DNA of 64,000 bases from Epithemia pelagica (Eukaryota > Protista > Bacillariophyta), in the NCBI GenBank assembly GCA_946965045.2, contig OX337234.1:1736001-1800000 (forward strand), given 5' to 3'. Made by a program: the position numbers and the translations under genes. Below, piece by piece: positions 61,336-64,000 of this stretch. The notes beneath the pieces were generated by a model. It did not search any database, was not told the DNA's origin, and saw only the letters and a list, made by a program, of their open reading frames with translations. Position 1 is the stretch's first letter, and each line of letters starts with the position of its first letter.

Positions 61336-61448
61336 CACATAAGGCAATCCAAGCGCAGAACACATCCACAGCGATCTCCAGGATGTCCTACACATGTACT
61401 CTACACGATGTAGTAGACGTGCACACTGGCCTTCATTGAAAAAGAAGT

Positions 61449-61790
61449 CAGCTTCTTTCTGAAACTCCCAGATCTCATCGTCGGAGAGATCATGCTTCCT
61501 GTTTCCCCTCTGTGTTCTTGAAAAATAATAGGTCTTGAAGGCACTGTTGAATGCCTCCCACCCTTCTTGCAAGTGTTTGGACATGTGCATAGTTTGTCAC
61601 TCCCTCAGATAGGTCTTGAAGGCACTGTTGGATGCCTCTCACCCTTGTTGTGAGTGGTTGGACATGTGCATAGTTTGTCACTCCCTCGGCTCCATATAAC
61701 TAGATCCACAAATTAAAAAAGATGTCAGCTTGTTTCTGAAACTCCCAGATCTCATCGTTGGAGACATCATGCTTCCTGTTTACAATCTCA
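61449..61790 (-). pseudogene. Duplicated C-terminal fragment of a Transib/Chapaev/RAG1-like DDE transposase
   Basis: GVTNYAHV then (frameshift) QEGWEAFNSAFKTYYFSRTQRG; second copy HSQQG*EASNSAFK. Internal repeats at 61529/61609 and 61449/61726. Confidence 0.45.
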
Positions 61791-64000
61791 AGAGCACGCC
61801 GGGAATGATCAATGTCTTCCATTTTTCTTTCTTCGAGGGGTCTTCTATCATTGGGTCAATAAGGGTGTCGATCTCTTCGATCACCTTCCAAACCTTGACC
61901 ATCCCCCCCTGATATACGTCCATATGAAGTATAGCATAGGATGTTGATTATGCAAGAATAAAAAATCAACCTGAACTTTTGAGAACACTACTAAATCAAT
62001 TGTTTGTTTCAGCCGCCACCAGCCCAAGCCCCACTCTCAGCAAAAGTGAACGGATCAATCACACCCTTTCGGCTTATGGCAAAATGAAACAACCTGAACA
62101 ATGGGGTCACAAATAATGTTCTGTCATGTGTGGTCTGTCGGTCGCTATTTCAATCACACCCTTTTGGCTCATGGCAAAATTAAACAACCGTTGATTCTGG
62201 GGAAGAGGAGGTCGTGGAAATAACCGATGAGGACGAGGTGGTCGAGGTCACAACAACACCACTAGTGATCATTTTATCGGATGATGAGGGACGAGACTTG
62301 GAGCAGTTTCTTATTGATCATATTACTTATTAGTACTACCAATGCTTCTCACATATGCATCAAAGTTGTCGATCATATCCATAAAATATGTTTGTGTTCC
62401 ACTTTGCAATTCTCATCCGATATTTCCCAGATCCTGCTCGCACATAGGACAAGGGAGTGTCCCATCATCTTGGCTTTGCATACGACCCGGTCTGAAGTTA
62501 AATTCAGCCGGAAGCCAGTCACCGTGACCAGCATTACCACCACCACCATCACAACCGTCACCACCACATCTGTATATTTGACCGACTCATACCACCGACT
62601 TGGTTTGACCGCTGCCAACCCCTGTGGCTGGTACAAGCAATGTCCTCATTCTACAATTAGAACATCGACTGGGCCTCGCTGCGACAGCGTCAATGGAAAC
62701 CGGCTACTGTAAACTGGTGGAACACCCATGTGGAACACCCATGTCCTTGGGTAATTCCTGGGACAACGGGTGGTGTTGGCAGAGAGCATCCTGTGATTCC
62801 ACTGTCCATTTGCATTTCCATGTTTTCGTGTGTGGTCTTCATGAACAAAAGGTGAATGTTCATTTGTAAGCTTCCGGATAACATGAATCAATGTCCTACA
62901 CTATAGTCATAGACTATGCACAAATCTGGACATGTCTCATTTTGGAGGACAGCAGCCTGGGGAGACTTATTAAATAACTCTCCAAAGAGTGATTACATTT
63001 TTGGAGATTCTGATATTATTGTTTAGTAATAGTGACCAAACGTGTTGGATGTACCATATCGGACTCTGTATTGGCCGTTAGTGCGGGGCGATCGAAGCCA
63101 CTGCTATAAGTTGTATTGATGATGTTGGTGAGAACGATATTAGGAGTACATGAACACAAGCACAAAAAATGGACTACCATATAGCTATATAGTGACTTCA
63201 TGATCCTCTAAGGTGTGTTGTAGATCCTCCGATTCGATAGATTACAACAAGGTATTTTTACGTATGCAAGGGCACATTGATGATGTCACGGATAACGGAT
63301 AACAATAGTAGGAGTTAAGAGTACATGAAACACGACCATACCTACTAGGCGACAATAAAAGAGCCAAGCAAAGTTAATAGTATTCCAACATGATGTATCC
63401 GAAAGACCTGCGAAGTTAACAACACAAACTCATCCCCGCACGTAACCTGATATATTCGGCTGAGAAAAAGCCATTCGCTGCAACGTAGCGCACAGTGATG
63501 TGGGAGTAGTTCGTTATTTTAAAGCTAGGTATGCCATTTTGCTCGTAATGACCACCGCTGTTTGTGATACGCCCGTTGCCCTTGTATATAATAAAAGTCT
63601 TGCTTCAGAGAGAAGGAAGAATGACTTTCATGAGAATGACAACTTCGTTACAGCGAGGATAGTGTAGGTTCTTCTGGGCCTTCCAACATGGAATATATTC
63701 TCGTTCTACCAATAATATAAACGTCATTGCTGACGCTGACATTAATGTAAGAAACTGGAAAGCTTTGTATCATCATGGACGGCTACGTCTATATTGGACC
63801 CCGTAAATGCACATGTGTTCTCGAGGCTATTTAGTACCAGTTGCTAGTGCGTCATGAAGAAACTGACTCAACATGCTTCTTCAGATTCGATCACTTCAAT
63901 CAAATTCATATGTATATTCTACCTTGTTCATATTTGTTCCTAGACAACTTTTTCTCGTAGATAGAATATATTCTTGTTCGACCAAATATACAAACATCAT

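Overview
Eukaryotic, almost entirely transposable-element-derived window; I recognise no intact host gene. The Ty1/copia, DIRS/Ngaro, Penelope-like and LINE peptides resemble families known from diatoms (CoDi-type copia), but this taxonomic call is inference from motifs only. The central structure is a young minus-strand Ty1/copia at 22625-42702. It has two 719/720-bp LTRs differing at only 2 positions, a 5-bp TATAG target-site duplication and non-canonical AGTTAAG...CTTAACT termini. Its Gag-Pol carries a ~1100-aa spacer with hydrophobic, membrane-like segments between the Zn knuckle and the protease. Its pol is split by a ~10.2-kb cassette (~24902-35058) holding a Penelope-like RT + GIY-YIG ORF with a hammerhead-ribozyme core, a ~1050-aa Mutator-like DDE transposase and a convergent unknown ORF separated from it by 30-bp repeats (MuDR-like layout). 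A second, 5'-truncated plus-strand copia (11931-16647) ends in a TAGTAGA...TCTACTA LTR. The flanks are a patchwork of 0.1-1 kb relics (copia, DIRS RT and tyrosine recombinase, LINE endonuclease/RT, Harbinger, Transib/RAG1-like, Ulp1 protease), a tRNA-like cloverleaf and many two-copy tandem duplications. All family assignments come from reading motifs by eye; no database searches were run.
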